DNA of 64,000 nucleotides, taken from NCBI GenBank assembly GCA_022605425.2, contig JAKIMF020000001.1:2418001-2482000 (forward strand). Reading direction: 5' to 3'. The notes under the pieces were generated by a model. The model saw nothing but the letters and a program-made list of their open reading frames with translations. It made no database searches and was not told the DNA's origin. Shown here piece after piece: positions 37,856 through 52,500 of the stretch. The position numbers were made by a program, and so were the translations under genes. Numbering within the stretch: the first letter of the stretch is position 1; every line of letters begins with the position of its first letter. Origin of the DNA: Hamiltosporidium tvaerminnensis FI-OER-3-3 (Eukaryota; Fungi; Microsporidia).

Positions 37856-38489
37856 GGAGAGAATTCGTATATCTAATATTATATGAAATTTAAAATGTAT
37901 TCGAGCAGAGTAATTGTAAATAAGTAATTTTTTTATGAAACCATAAAATTTAATAATAAAAAGATAATATAAAACGTGTTTATATAGAATTGTAGACAAA
38001 TCATATCAAACATTTTATATCTTTTTGTTTTTAATATTTCATACAAAAATTATCAACAATGTTAAGAGATTTCAAAAAATATGGGCTTTGAACTTAATAT
38101 GTGGAATTCACTCTCAAATAATAGATTCTCCTATGATACTTTTACTGATTTGGAAAGTTTTGAGATTTGTAAATTTTACAAAAAGTTATAAAATTACTAA
38201 GAAAACAGGGAAAATAGTTTTTTTGCAGAAGCAAAAATAAAAACACTCGGAATCCAAGGCCTTTGTCGCTGTAAGTAAATGCCAGAGGGAATTTTTTGCG
38301 ACCGACTATCATACGAAACTCTTGAAAACTATTCCGCAGAAGTAATTCAGTCTTTACTGACGAATTTTTTGATATTTAAAAATGCGTTTTAAGTAGTATT
38401 GTTAGCGTAAAAAAATCAAATTTCTAATTTGGATTGAGTTTGTTGCTTCTTGTGTAAAAAGTTGCAAAATTTTTCATGGTTTTAAATTG

Positions 38490-39690
38490 TAAAGTGAGCA
38501 TATGCTTCTGCAAATCTTGGGTTTTCTAAAAAAAACAGCCGATATAAACCCGCTAAGCAAAAAACTTAAATTTGAATAATACTAATAAATCGAGTTTTGC
38601 ACCAATAATAAGCCTCTTAAACGTAAATATAGGTTGAAAAAAGAATCTTAAGAAAATTTGAGGAAAATAAACTTGAAAATATATTCCAAAATAAAAAAGC
38701 GAAAACTTCATTAGCATCATTTAATGAAGAAAATAAGCTTTTATGGGCTAGTGACTCTGCAAATAGTTGAAGAAAGGGAATATTATGTCAATTATCGAAT
38801 CAGTCTTCTGCTTTTTCCAGAATAGAGATGTGTTCTAGTGATCAGAAGGTATGTGTAAAAACTTTAGTAAATCTGGCAAAGCAGTAAGTCAGTTAGCAAC
38901 AAGATATGAAAAAATGTCTGAACATGTTTAAATCAGACTGCCTAATGAAGTGGTACTATGTATAGATTTAATCCTATTGAGTAGATATCATTTTTAGTTA
39001 TCATAACGAATTAAGCGTTACTTGTTAAAGAAACTCTTGAAAATAAGTATCCAAAGATAAGAGTAAACACAAAAAAAACTCGATGTCAAGATTCGAAATA
39101 ATCGACCCGATATATATTTCTTTGATAAGAGTAATAAAGAGATAATACTTATCAGAACATGAATTTCTTTCCAAGATTCACTTCAAATAGTTGAAACTAA
39201 AAAAACCCAGGAAGTATGACCTGCTAGCCAAAGAGCTAGGTTTTTTTATAATTACGTTGCTGACATAATCTTTTATCGCATGGCCTAGGAATGTATTTTG
39301 ACACAATACCATAATTCACATCTAAAAAAACCGAAAATACTTATGAATGTAGAAGTATGCATTCATTCAATAGTATTTAAGAAGACAGTCAAAACAGTTT
39401 CCCTTGTTCGACGAAGAGAGCTGAAATGGAGCGTGAAAAGGTGGTATTAATCAAGCCGAGATGCGCAAGGAACCAACACCTCGTTTAAAACAAGCTATTA
39501 GCACGGAAGATGGTGTATCCCGTTTTAAAAGAAAAAATAATCAATCTTATATTTCAAATAGTAAAACACCACTAGAAGACCGAATGATAAATATATATAA
39601 AGATTCAAATATTAAAACAAACGGATAAAGGTAAAAGAAGAAAAATAAAATCTAAAAATGTGAAAATGGTTTTAACATTGAAATTTATTT
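38490..39690 (+). mobile_element. Second, older decayed copy of the RT-RLE retrotransposon (C-terminal/RLE part)
   Basis: Similar to the reverse complement of 3336-4550 (gagcatatgcttctgcaa, gattcacttcaaatagttgaaact, ggaagtatgacctgctagccaa, atgaatgtagaag). Confidence 0.85.
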
Positions 39691-40102
39691 AATTAAAAAA
39701 TTATTTTTCGAACCATAATTTTTTTTTCACTTTTTATACTTTTTATTTCCTTATTTTTTTTCTCCCCATACTTCACCCAAACAAAATCATACAAAATACC
39801 ATAAATAAAAATCATCTTTTCTTACTGATGTAATCTACCGGTTAAAAAGTTAAGATAAATTAAAATTTATTTTAAAATAGATGAACACACTAAACAAATT
39901 AGCCATGGGGATAAACCTAAAATATGACATTTAATCACATTACAAGAAAAAAAAACAACCAAAAGCATCTTTCCTAATAAAATATATAAAAAATTCTAAA
40001 AAATACATTTTTTTATTCAAATTTAAATTAATATTTAAAATTTTAATTTATTTTATTTCTAAACTCAAAAAAATATTATCAATCTCATATAATCTTCGTA
40101 TT

Positions 40103-40560
40103 TCTTATAATCTCTTCTTATAATCTCTTCTTATAATCTCTTCTTATAATCTCTTCTTATAATCTCTTCTTATAATCTCTTCTTACTTAATCTCCCATCA
40201 TTATACATCTCTATAATACATATATCTATACATATCCCTATATCTATACATCCATATAATATCCCTCTCTATACATATATCTCTATCTCTATACATTCAT
40301 ATAATACATATCTCTATCTCTATACATCCCTATGATATATCTCTATCTCTATACATTCATATAATATCCCTCTCTATACATATAATACATATCTCTATAC
40401 ATCCATATAATATATCTCTATCTCTATACATTCATATAATATATCTCTATCTCTATCCCTCTCTATACATATATCTCTATCTCTATACATCCCATAATAT
40501 ATCTCTTTAGATCCCTATAATATATCTCTATCTCTATGTATATCTCTAACCTCCATATAT
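40103..40560 (+). repeat. 13-bp tandem repeat (TTATAATCTCTTC, ~6 copies) followed by a degenerate CTCTATA/CATATA minisatellite, upstream of midasin
   Basis: Directly visible. The tract is almost G-free on the plus strand. Confidence 0.9.
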
Positions 40561-40590
40561 TTATATTTATAACAAACCCCATCAATCTAA

Positions 40591-43500
40591 ATGGAAATAA
40601 ATTCACAAAATAAAAGATTAAAACAAACAAACCAAACTCTCCTACAAAAAGCACTTCACTACAAAATACCAATAAACATATACGGCACACATCCACACAC
40701 ACTTATATCACCACACTTCTTTACAATAGATCTACGACAATACACAGATCTTTCTACACTTATTTATACTGTTCATCTTACATCTACACATCTGCAATAT
40801 ACAGAAGGATTGTTAACTACTGCTTGTAAATATGGATATGTTACTGTTATTACACATACAGATACTAACCCTTCTATATTTGATTATTTAAAACCACTAT
40901 TCAATGGATTATTAAACATTAGCAATGAAAAATTTGAAAATGAAATACAAGATGGCTTATATAACGAGAATAACGGGTATAACGGTAACGGTTTAAAAGA
41001 GAATAACGGGTATAACGGTAACGGTTTAAAAGAGAATAACGGGTATAACAGTAACGGTTTAAAAGAGAATAACGGGTATAACGGTAACGGTTTAAAAGAG
41101 AATAACGGGTATAACAGTAACGGTTTAAAAGAGTCTGATAATAACACCTCTTGTGGGAATAGTACTTATAATAACAACTCCTATGGTAATAGTACTAATG
41201 ATAACACCTCTTGTGGGAATAGTACTTATAATAACACCTCCTATGGTAATAGTACTTATAATACCACCCCTTTAAATAACAATAATACTATTAACACCCC
41301 TTTAACCGACAATAATAGTATTAACACACCTTTAACCAAGAATAATACCATTAACACACCTTTAACCAACAATAATACTATTAACACACCTTTAACCAAC
41401 AATAATACTATTAACACCCCTTTAACCAACAATAATACTATTAACACCCCTTTAAATAACAATAATACCATTAACACCCTATCCTCTATATTATCACCCT
41501 TTTATAATCCACACCCAAACTTTAGAATAATATTTACTTCTTCTACAAAACTACAGTCGAATAACACTGTACATATAGGACCTGTTACTTATACTTTACC
41601 ACTCACACCTCTTATTTCCTTACTAAATACTTTTTATCCTTTTAATAAACCACCTACCTTACAAGATACATACTTTATAACACGTCTTACTAATAGATTA
41701 CAGTCATTATCCCTTTATACTGCCATACAACAGACATATATAATAACACTTAAGACACTTAAAGAACAGAAAGAAGTAGAAGAGAAGATAAAGGGTTTTA
41801 ATATAGAAGAGATAGATAATAACACCCCTTTAGTTGAGTGTACTTATAATAACACCCCTTTAAATAACCGTACTTACGATAACACCCCATATTCCAGTAC
41901 CTTTATCACTAACACCCCTTTAAATAACAACTCCATAAATAACACCCCTTTAAATAACAAGTATATCAATAACACCCCATTATCCACTACCATTATAAAT
42001 AACACCCCCTCCTTTGCCCCTACTTCCCAGTCCCTCGTAACACTGTCTGCTTTATCTTCTTGTATTCTCTATAACGAACCCGTACTTCTTATAGGAGAAA
42101 CAGGTGTTGGTAAGACACATCTAATACAACACTTATCAAATATAAATAATAAATATCTTTATATTTATAACATGTCTAGTGATACTGATGTATCTGATTT
42201 ATTGGGGTTTTATACTTCTGTACATCCTATAAGTGTTATTGAAGAGTATGTTGGTAATATTATTAAAAGAGAAATTAATGAGACACCTCTGTGTTACTTA
42301 GAAAGGATAGAAAGGTATATAAATGATAATAGGGAGACTGAGGGTGTTAATGATAGTAGTAAGGAAGAGGGTGTTAATGATAGTAGTAAGGAAGAGGGTG
42401 TTAATGATAGTAATTATAAGGGTGTTAATGATAGTAGTAGTAATTATAAGGGTGTTAATGATAGTAGTACTAATTATAAGGGTGTTAGTAACAGTACCAA
42501 TAACTATCACCCCTTTAATAACAGTACCAATAACTATCACCCCTTTAATAACAGTACTAATAATTATAACCCCCTTAATAACAGTACCAATAATCATAAC
42601 CCCCTTAATAACAGTACTAATAATTATAACCCTCTTATTCCTTATATAAATATACCTTTATTATTAAATTCTATTAAAGAATGTAAAATCCTTATAAATA
42701 AAGGTATACCTCATTTTAAATATCAACAGGGTGTTATGTATAAAGCAATGACAGAAGGTAAATGGTTATTGTTAGATGAAGTTAACCTTTCACCAAAAGA
42801 GACCCTTTTATTTATAGACAGTATAGTAGAAAGGATAGTTAAGAGTAATTATGAGGGTAGTGGTAATAACACCCCTTTAAGTAACAGTGGTATAAATAAC
42901 ACCTATAACTATAGTATTAATAACACATATAACACCCCTTTAAACAACAGTACTAGTAATCCTTCTTATAACACCCCCTCTAACCGACATACTACCCTTT
43001 ACAATATACATTATAACCCCTTGTTATACAACATACATCCTAACTTTAGACTCTTCTGTTGTATGAACCCTCCTGGTATAGGAAAGAAGGATTATAAAGG
43101 TATTTTATTTTCTAAAATATTTATGTTAGATTTTACAGATTCTATAACAGATATTAACATATTAACACATTACTTGTTAAGAGAAAGGAATAGTAAAATA
43201 ACACCCTTAAGGAATAGTAAGTTAACACCCTCAATGGATAGTAAGTTAACACCCTTAAGGAATAGTTGTTTAACACCCTTTTATAAAGCACAAGAAATCA
43301 ATAGTGAATTAACACCCTTTTATAAAGGAGAAGAAAACAATAGTAAGTTAACACCCTCAATTGATAGTAAGTTAACAGCCTTAAGGAATAGTTGTTTAAC
43401 ACCCTTTTATAAAGGAGAAGAAAACAATAGTGAATTAACACCCTTTTATAAAGGAGAAGAAAACAATAGTAAGTTAACACCCTCAATTGATAGTAAGTTA

Positions 43501-46500
43501 ACACCCTTAAGACATAGTAAGTTAACACCCTTTTATAAAGGAGAAGAAGGCAATAGTAATTTAACACCCTCAGTAGATAGTAATTTAACACCCCCTTCTT
43601 TATCTTGTCTAACACCCCTTGATTCTTTACCTTTATTTTTCTTTAAATTAAAAGAAAATGTATTAAATAAAGAATTAAAAGGTTTTTATAATAAACCACT
43701 TATAACAGGTAGAACATATTGTAGATTAATTAATATGATAAATAAAGGGTGTTGTATATATGATAGTATAAGACTTGTTATTTATACACAATTTAATAGA
43801 GAAGGTGTTAATTATATAGATAGTATGGTAAAGGGTTATAATTTATACTGTGAGTGTAGATTAGAGGGTGTTATTGATAAGAATGATGATTATAAGGGTG
43901 TTAATGATAAGGATATGTTGGAGGGTGTTAGTGATAAGAATGATGATTATAAGGGTGTTAGTTATAAGAATGATGATTATAAGGGTGTTATGGATAAGGA
44001 TAGTAATATAAAGGGTGTTAACATTAATACTAATACTTATCACCCTCTTAATAACATTAATACTTATCCCCCTCTTAATAACACTAAATCTTCTCACCCT
44101 CTTAATAACACCTTCTCCCTTACTTCATCTAATACCCGTTATATAGAAATACTACAATTATCTATAAAATATAACCTACCTATTCTTTTACAAGGACCTA
44201 CTTGTACAGGTAAAACAGCTTTAATTACTTACATTTCTAAGATAAATAACACCCCTTTAATACGTATAAATAATCATAACAATATAACACGTGCTGATTA
44301 TATAGGAACATATCAACTAATAAATAACACCTGTACCTTTATTTATGGACCTTTATTACACTGTATGTTAAAGGGGTGTTATTTATTATTAGATGAATTA
44401 AATTTAGCACCAAGTGAAGTATTAGAAGTACTTAATAGGGTGTTAGATTGTAATAGAGAGATATATGTTGATGAGATACAACAGACTGTTAAGTGTAGTA
44501 AAGGGTTTAGAGTGTTTTGTACACAGAATGTTATGTATGGAGGTAGAAAGGGTCTTAGTGAAGCATTACGTAATAGATTTGTAGAGGTTACTGTTGAACA
44601 GTTAACACTGGAAGATATAAAGAGTATAGTAAGGGGTAGTATAAAGGGTAGGGAGGGAGTAGGGGGTGTTAATGATAGTAGTAGTAATTATAAGGGTGTT
44701 AAGGATAAGCATAGTAATTATAAGGTTGTTAATAAGAATAGTAGTGATTATAAGGGTGTTAATGATAGTAATAGTAATTATAAGGGTGTTAATGATAGTA
44801 GTAATTATAAGGGTGTTAATGATAGTAATTGTAATTATAAGGGTGTTGGTGATAGTAGTAGTAATTATCACCCTCTTAACAAGTGTAGTAATTATCACCC
44901 TCTTAACAAGTGTAGTAATTATCACCCTATTAGTAACACTACTGATACTTTACACCCTCTTAACAATAACAATACTATACAACACCCCCTTTCTACACGT
45001 ATTATAAATAAGATACTTTCTGTTTATGATAGTCTAAGATTATATAGAAATTTTAATAGTCTTATAAGTATAAGAGATATATTAAGATGGGTAAGAAGGA
45101 AGGGTGTTAGTGAAGAAGAAGTATATGAAAATGGTGTTATGTTGTTATTTGAAAGACAAAGGAATTATATGGATAGGTGTGTTGTTAAAGGGGTGTTAGA
45201 TGATGTGTTTAGAGGGGTAGTAAGAAGTAGGGGTGTTAGTAACAGTACTAGTAATTATCACCCTGTTAGTAACAGTAGTAATAATTATCACCCTCTTAAT
45301 ATCAATACTAATTCTCATCACCCCTTTAGTAACAGTACTAATACTTATCCCCCTGTTAACAACAGTAGTAATACTTTACACCCTCTTAACAACAGTATTA
45401 ATAATTATCACCCTGTTAGTAACAGTACTAATACTCATCACCCCTTTAGTAACAGTACTAATACTTATCACCCTGTTAACAACAGTAGTAATAATTATCA
45501 CCCTGTTAATAACACCAATAATAATTATCACCCCTTTAACAACAGTAGTAATACTTCCTTTGTATTAACACCCTCTTATTTACGTATGTATACGTTAATA
45601 TATACAGCTTGGATTAACAAGGAACCTATACTTCTTATAGGAGAAACAGGTATTGGTAAAACAAAGATGTTAGAATATGTTAGTAATCTTATGGGTGTTA
45701 ATATAGAGACATTCTCATGTAATAGTAATACACAGACACATGACTTTATAGGGTATTACACGTTAGGTAAAGGAAGTAATGAGGGGGGTGTTAATGATAG
45801 TAGTAGGGTAGAGGGTGTTAGTAATAGTAGTATGTTAGAGGGTGTTAATCATGAGGAGTATGAATTAGAGGGTGTTAGTAATAGTAGTATGTTAGAGGGT
45901 GTTAGTAATAAGGACTATGGATTAGAGGGTGTTAATGTTAAGGACTTTGGATTAGAGGGTGTTAATGTTAAGGGTAGTAATTATAAAGGTGTTAATGTTA
46001 AGGAGTATAGATTAGAGGGTGTTAATGTTAAGAGTCCTAAACAACAGGGTCTTAGTAACAGTACTAATACTTTACACCCCTTTAGTAAGATAGATCGTAA
46101 ACAACAGGGTCTTAGTAACAGTACTAATACTTTACACCCCTTTAGTAACATAGATTCTAAACAACAGGGTCTTAGTAACAGTACTAATAATTTACACCCC
46201 TTTAGTAAGATAGATCGTAAACAACAGGGTCTTAGTAACAGTACTAATAATTTACACCCTCTTAACAACAGTACAAATAATTATAACCCTGTTAGTAACA
46301 GTACTAATACTTTACACCCTCTTAACAACAATACTAATAACAATAACACTAACACCCTCTTCAAATACGGTCCCCTTGTTACTGCTATGAGAACAGGTAA
46401 AGCCTTTTTATTTGATGAAATAAACTTAACAGATGATTCTGTCTTAGAACGTATAAATTCTTTATTAGATGACTCTAACACTCTTTATATACCAGAGACT

Positions 46501-49500
46501 AATGAAACTATATATCCTAATAATAATTTCATATTATTAGCTACTATGAATCCTGGTACAGATATTGGTAAGAAAGAATTAAGTCCTGCTTTACGTAGTA
46601 GATTTAATGAAATATATTTTGATATTCCTAATAATGAAATAGAGGGTGTTATGATGGATAGAGTAGGTTATAGTGTAAAGGGTGTTAGTATGAGGAAGGT
46701 AGAGATAGTGAGTGAGTTTTATAATGTAGTGAGTGTTAGGGATATGTTAAAGGGTGATAGTAGGGTGGGTGTTAGTGACAGTAATGGGGGTGTTAGTGAT
46801 AAGGATAGTAAATTAGAGGGTGTTAGTAATAAGGATAGTAAATTAGAGGGTGTTAATAATAAGGATAGTAAATTAGAGGGTGTTAGTAATACTACTAATA
46901 CTTATCACCCTGTTAGTAATACTACTAATACTTATCACCTTGTTAATACTAATACTAATACTTATCACCCTGTTAATACCCCTTTACAGCAATACTTTAA
47001 TACCCTTCTTCTTAATCTTAAAGGTACTATTACTATTTATAATACTAACACCTTTTATTCTATTAAAGAAGAATCTTTAGAATTAATAGGTTTTAAAAGT
47101 AATAAAAAACCTATTTTATATGAAAATAACAGGGTATTTGGTGTTTTACCTTTTCTTATAGAAAAGTATGAGAAAGAGGGGTGTTATGATATGTTAGAAG
47201 GTAAAGATAACAGTAGTAATAATAACACCCCTTTAAACAACTGTACTAGTAATAACACCCCTTTAAATAACTGTACTAGTAATACCTATAATAACACCCT
47301 CTTAAACAATAGTACTGATGATAACACCCTTTTAAACAACAGTATTAGTAATAACACCCTCTTAAACAACAGTATTAGTAATAACACCCTCTTAAACAAT
47401 AGTACTGATGATAACACCCTCTTAAACAACAGTACTGATGATAACACCCTATTAAACAACAGTATTAGTAATAACACTTATTTCTCCTTTGATAACTTAA
47501 CTACCCTTTATAATCTACGTAGAATACTAAAGGGTATGTTTATAAGAAAACCTATATTATTAAAAGGTATACCTGGTGTAGGTAAGACAGATATTTTAAA
47601 AAATATTTCATATAAATTAAAAATACCATTTATGCGCATAAACATGTCAGAACAAACAGAAGTAGAAGAACTATTTGGTACATACGTATTAACAGACAAA
47701 AAGTTAAAATATAAATTATCTTCTCTTTCAATCTCTTTAAATAACAAATTACCTTCAATAATACTTTTAGATGAAATAAATTTAACACCTAGTAGTGTAA
47801 TAGAAGGTGTTAATTCTTTATTAGATTATCGTAGAGAAATAAGTGTTGAAGGTTTTAAAATATGTAATTATAATAGTTTTATATTTTGTAGTTGTAATTA
47901 TGAAGGAGAAGGAAGAAAAAGTATGCCTCGTAGTTTTATTGATAGGTTTGTTGTTATTGATATGGAGAGTTATACAGAAGAAGATATAAGTAAGATAATG
48001 GGGTGTTATAATACTAGTGATATAAATTATAGTAGAGGGTATAATGAGGGTGTTAATGACAGTAGTAGTGTGGGTGTTAATGACAGTAGTAGTGTGGGTG
48101 TTAATGACAGTAGTAGTAATAGGTGTGTGGATAACACCCTATTAAATAACAGTACTTTCAATAACACCCTCTTACCTAGTACCAATATAAATAACACCCT
48201 CTTACCTACTACACCATCTAATAACACCCTCTTACCTACTACACCTTCTAATAACACCCTCTTACCTACTACACCATCTAATAACACCCTCTTACCTACT
48301 ACACCATCTAATAACACCCTCTTACCTACTACCAATAATAACACCTTCTTACCTACTACTAATATAAATAACACCCTATTACCTACTACCAATATAAATA
48401 ACACCCCTATCACACCTTCTAATAATAACACCCCTCCCTTTAATATTATGTCTCTTCGTACCCTTTATAACCTATCCTTACGTGACTGTCTTAAGATAAA
48501 ACTACTTAACCATAATTATTTCTCTATAAATAACCCTAAATACTTTATAAGAAATAACACCCTTTATATAGGTAGTGCAATATTACCTTTAAATTTATAT
48601 ACTAACACCTATACTTTATTACATAACCAGTTAAATTCTTTAGAAACTATAATACATTGTTATAATAGAAGAATACCTGTTATTTTACTAGGATGTAGTA
48701 GATATAGTGTTATACGTTTTATTTCTTATGTTAGTAAACATAAGGTTAGTTATATTTATTGTTATAAAGGGACAGATACTAATGACTTATTAGGGACATA
48801 TGGGTTTAGTAAATTAGAGGGTGACAATCATAGTGATTATATGGGTGTTAATGAGAGTATTGGTAAAGTAGAGGGTGATAATGAAAAGGATAGTGATTAT
48901 AAGGGTGATAATGAAAAGGATATTTATTATAAGGGTGTTAATAAAAGTACCAGTAATTATCACCCTGTTAGTAACACTACTGATAAACAACACCCCTTTA
49001 ATAACACTACTGATAAACAACACCCCTTTAATAAAAGTATCAGTAATTATCACCCTGTTAGTAACACTACTCATAAACAACACCCCTTTGGTGACACTAC
49101 TCATAAACAACACCCCTTTAATAACACTACTAATAAACAACACCCCTTTAATAACAATCCTAACTCTACTTCCTTTACCTGGTCTGATTCTTCTCTGGTT
49201 ACTTCTATTATAAATGGTAATATTACAGTAATTAATAGGGTAGATTTAGTAGATAAAGGTATATTTGATAGATTATGTTCTTTATTTGAATTTAATAGGT
49301 CTTTATATATAACAGAAAGAGGTTTCATTAATATAAATAAAGATACTTGGTTAGTAAGTATCGTAGATGATTTAAAGGGTGTTAGTACAGCTATGAAGGA
49401 TAGATGTGTTATTGTAGAGTTAAAGGGTGTTACTGACTGTATAGATGTATGGAAGATGCATAGTAGTGTTAAGAGTAGTAATAAGGGTGGTGATAGAGGG

Positions 49501-52500
49501 TATGTAAGAGATAAAGGGGTCTTAAATATTAGTGATAGGAATAACACCCCTTTGGATATAGATAGTAATAAGAATAACACCCCTTTGGATATAGATAGTA
49601 ATGATAACACCCCATTGGATATAGATAGTAATAAGAATAACACCCCTTTAATCAACTATAGTAGTAGTCACTTTTATAACACCCCTTTAACAACACACTG
49701 TATAGATAACACCCCCTTACCTCTTACACTTCCTCTCTATGATGTTCCTTTTCCTCATATATTAGACTTATTAAGTAATAATACTTCTTATATTAACACC
49801 CCTTTATGGTTTAATAATACTTTAATAGAAGAAGAAATTAAAGGGTATTCATTTCCTTATAAAGTAAAAGGTTTTAATTATAATAATATAGGTAATATAC
49901 CTTTATTAACAGTAGAATTATATAAAATACTTTATTATATACCAATAGGTGTTAATGATATAGAAAAGTTAGATATACTAATTAATAACAGGGGTAGTGA
50001 TAATGATATGTTGGGTAGTGATATGTTGGATAGTGGATTAGAGGGTGTTAATAATAAGAATATGATTGAGGGTGTTAGTAACAATACTAGTAATTATCAC
50101 CCCTTTAGTAACGGTACTAGTAAACAACAGGGTGTTAATAACAGTATAGATGATTATCACCCCTTTAGTAACAGTAATAGTAAACAACAGGGTGTTAATA
50201 ACACTATAGATGATTATCACCCCTTTAGTAATAACCTCTATACTCATAACCCTGTTAATGATATTACCTTGTTTAAAAGAAGTGTTATATTCCTTAGTAA
50301 TAGTGTTTTAAGCGTATGTAAGGGTTATAGTGTTATAGAATTAAAAATAAATTTTATTAAGAAGTTTATAGGGTGTAGTGTTAAAGAATATAAGAAATTA
50401 AAAGATATTTATAATAAATTAAAGGGTGTAGAGAATTTTAAGATGTATAAGTGTAGTAGTGTAGATATAATAGGGGGTGATATAGGTAGAGATATTCTAG
50501 GGGGTGTTAATAACAGTACTAATGAACAACAGGGTGTTAATAACAGTGGCAATACTTATCACCCTGTCAATGATAGTACTAATACTTATCACCCCTTTAG
50601 CAACAGTAACAATACACAACACCCCTTTAACAAGAATACTAATACTCAACACCCCTTTAACAACACACCATATACTCAACACCCCTTTAACAACAATACT
50701 AATACTTATCACCCCTTTAACAACAGTACTAATACTTATCACCCCTTTAATCACACACCTACTCTCCTTCATACAACTAACACCATTCCTTCTTGTCTTA
50801 CCTTTATTATTAATATTATACTTACTTATAATATAGACCCTTTAAATATCATAAGAAATAACCTTATAAACAAGTATAATGATATGATAAATAAATATAA
50901 GAATATTCTTTATAATGAATTTATAAAAGGTTATAAATATGGAGAAAGTAATGAATATACATTTTATTGTAAAGAATTTATTGTTATTTATAAGGAGTAT
51001 ATTAAGAGGATAGAAGATATTGAAAATAAAATAGAGAGTAGGAATATAAAGGGTGTTATAGAAGAGTATAAGAGAGTAAGGGGTGTTAGTGATAAGGATA
51101 AGTATAGGGGTGTTAGTGATAAGGATAGGGGTGTTAGTGATAAGTATAGGGGTGTTAGTGCAGGTACTTATAATTATAACCCTGTTAATAATCTTTCTAA
51201 TAAACAACAGGGTGTTACTGATACTACTAATAATTATAACCCTGTTAACTCATATACGTGTAAGCAACAGGGTGTTTATAATCTTTCTATAAAACAACAG
51301 GGTGTTAATAATACTACTATGAATTATAACCCTGTTAATCTAAATACTAGTAAACAACAGGGTGTTAATAATACTACTATGAATTATAACCCTGTTAATC
51401 TAAATACTAGCAAACAACAGGGTGTTAGTAATCTTTTCAATAAACAACAGGGTGTTACTGATACTACTAATAATTATAACCCTGTTAATCTAAATACTAG
51501 TAAACAACAGGGTGTTAATAATAGTACTATGAATTATAACCCTGTTAATAACTTTAATATTATTGACTTTTCTGATTGGTTAGATTCTTATTATACGGGT
51601 CTTTTTAATGATATTGTATTGTTAGGTATGTTATTTAAGAAAGAGGTGTTAATAGAAGTAAATGATATTCATAGACTGTTAGACTATTGTTATATAAGTA
51701 GTAAGGTAAAGGGTGTTAGTGATAAGGATATGGATAGAGGTGTTAGTGATATGGATAAGGGTCTTAATGTTACTACTGATGTACAACAGGGTGTTAACAA
51801 CTGTACCAATGAACAACACTCTTTAGATATAAGTACCACTAAACAACACCCCTTTAATAATACTAATATTGATATTAAGAGTCTTATTGATACTCTTATA
51901 TTTAACACCCCTTATTCTTATACTACTAATGTTATTTCTAAAGCAATATATTTATTATATTATAACAGGGGTGTTAATATAGAAGAAATAGTATTAGAAT
52001 GTATAAAGGGTGATAAATATATAGAAGTATGTGATAAAGGGTGTAATAGGTATAGTAAGGGTAGGTGTGTGGATAACACCCCTTTAAGTAATAGTAATAT
52101 CTATAATAATAACACTGGTACTACTGGTACTGAGAATAACACTAGTATTAGTAATAATAACACCCCTTTCAGTAATAGTAATATCTATAATAATAACACT
52201 GGTACTACTGGTACTGAGAATAACACTAGTATTAGTAATAATAACACCCCTTTCAGTAATAGTACCATTATACCTTATATATGCTGTTCTAGTCTTACTG
52301 ATATGTACTTTACTTATATAGATAGTCTAATGTTATTTGTATATAAAAATATAAATAATAAAGCTTTACTGTTAGATAAGTGTTATGGTGATAGTGTTAG
52401 TGACTGTAGTGTTAATATAAGTGAAATAGAAATAAGAAATATAATAAGAAATAAAGGGGGTGTTAATTACAAGGATATATTGGAGGGTGTTAATGATAAG

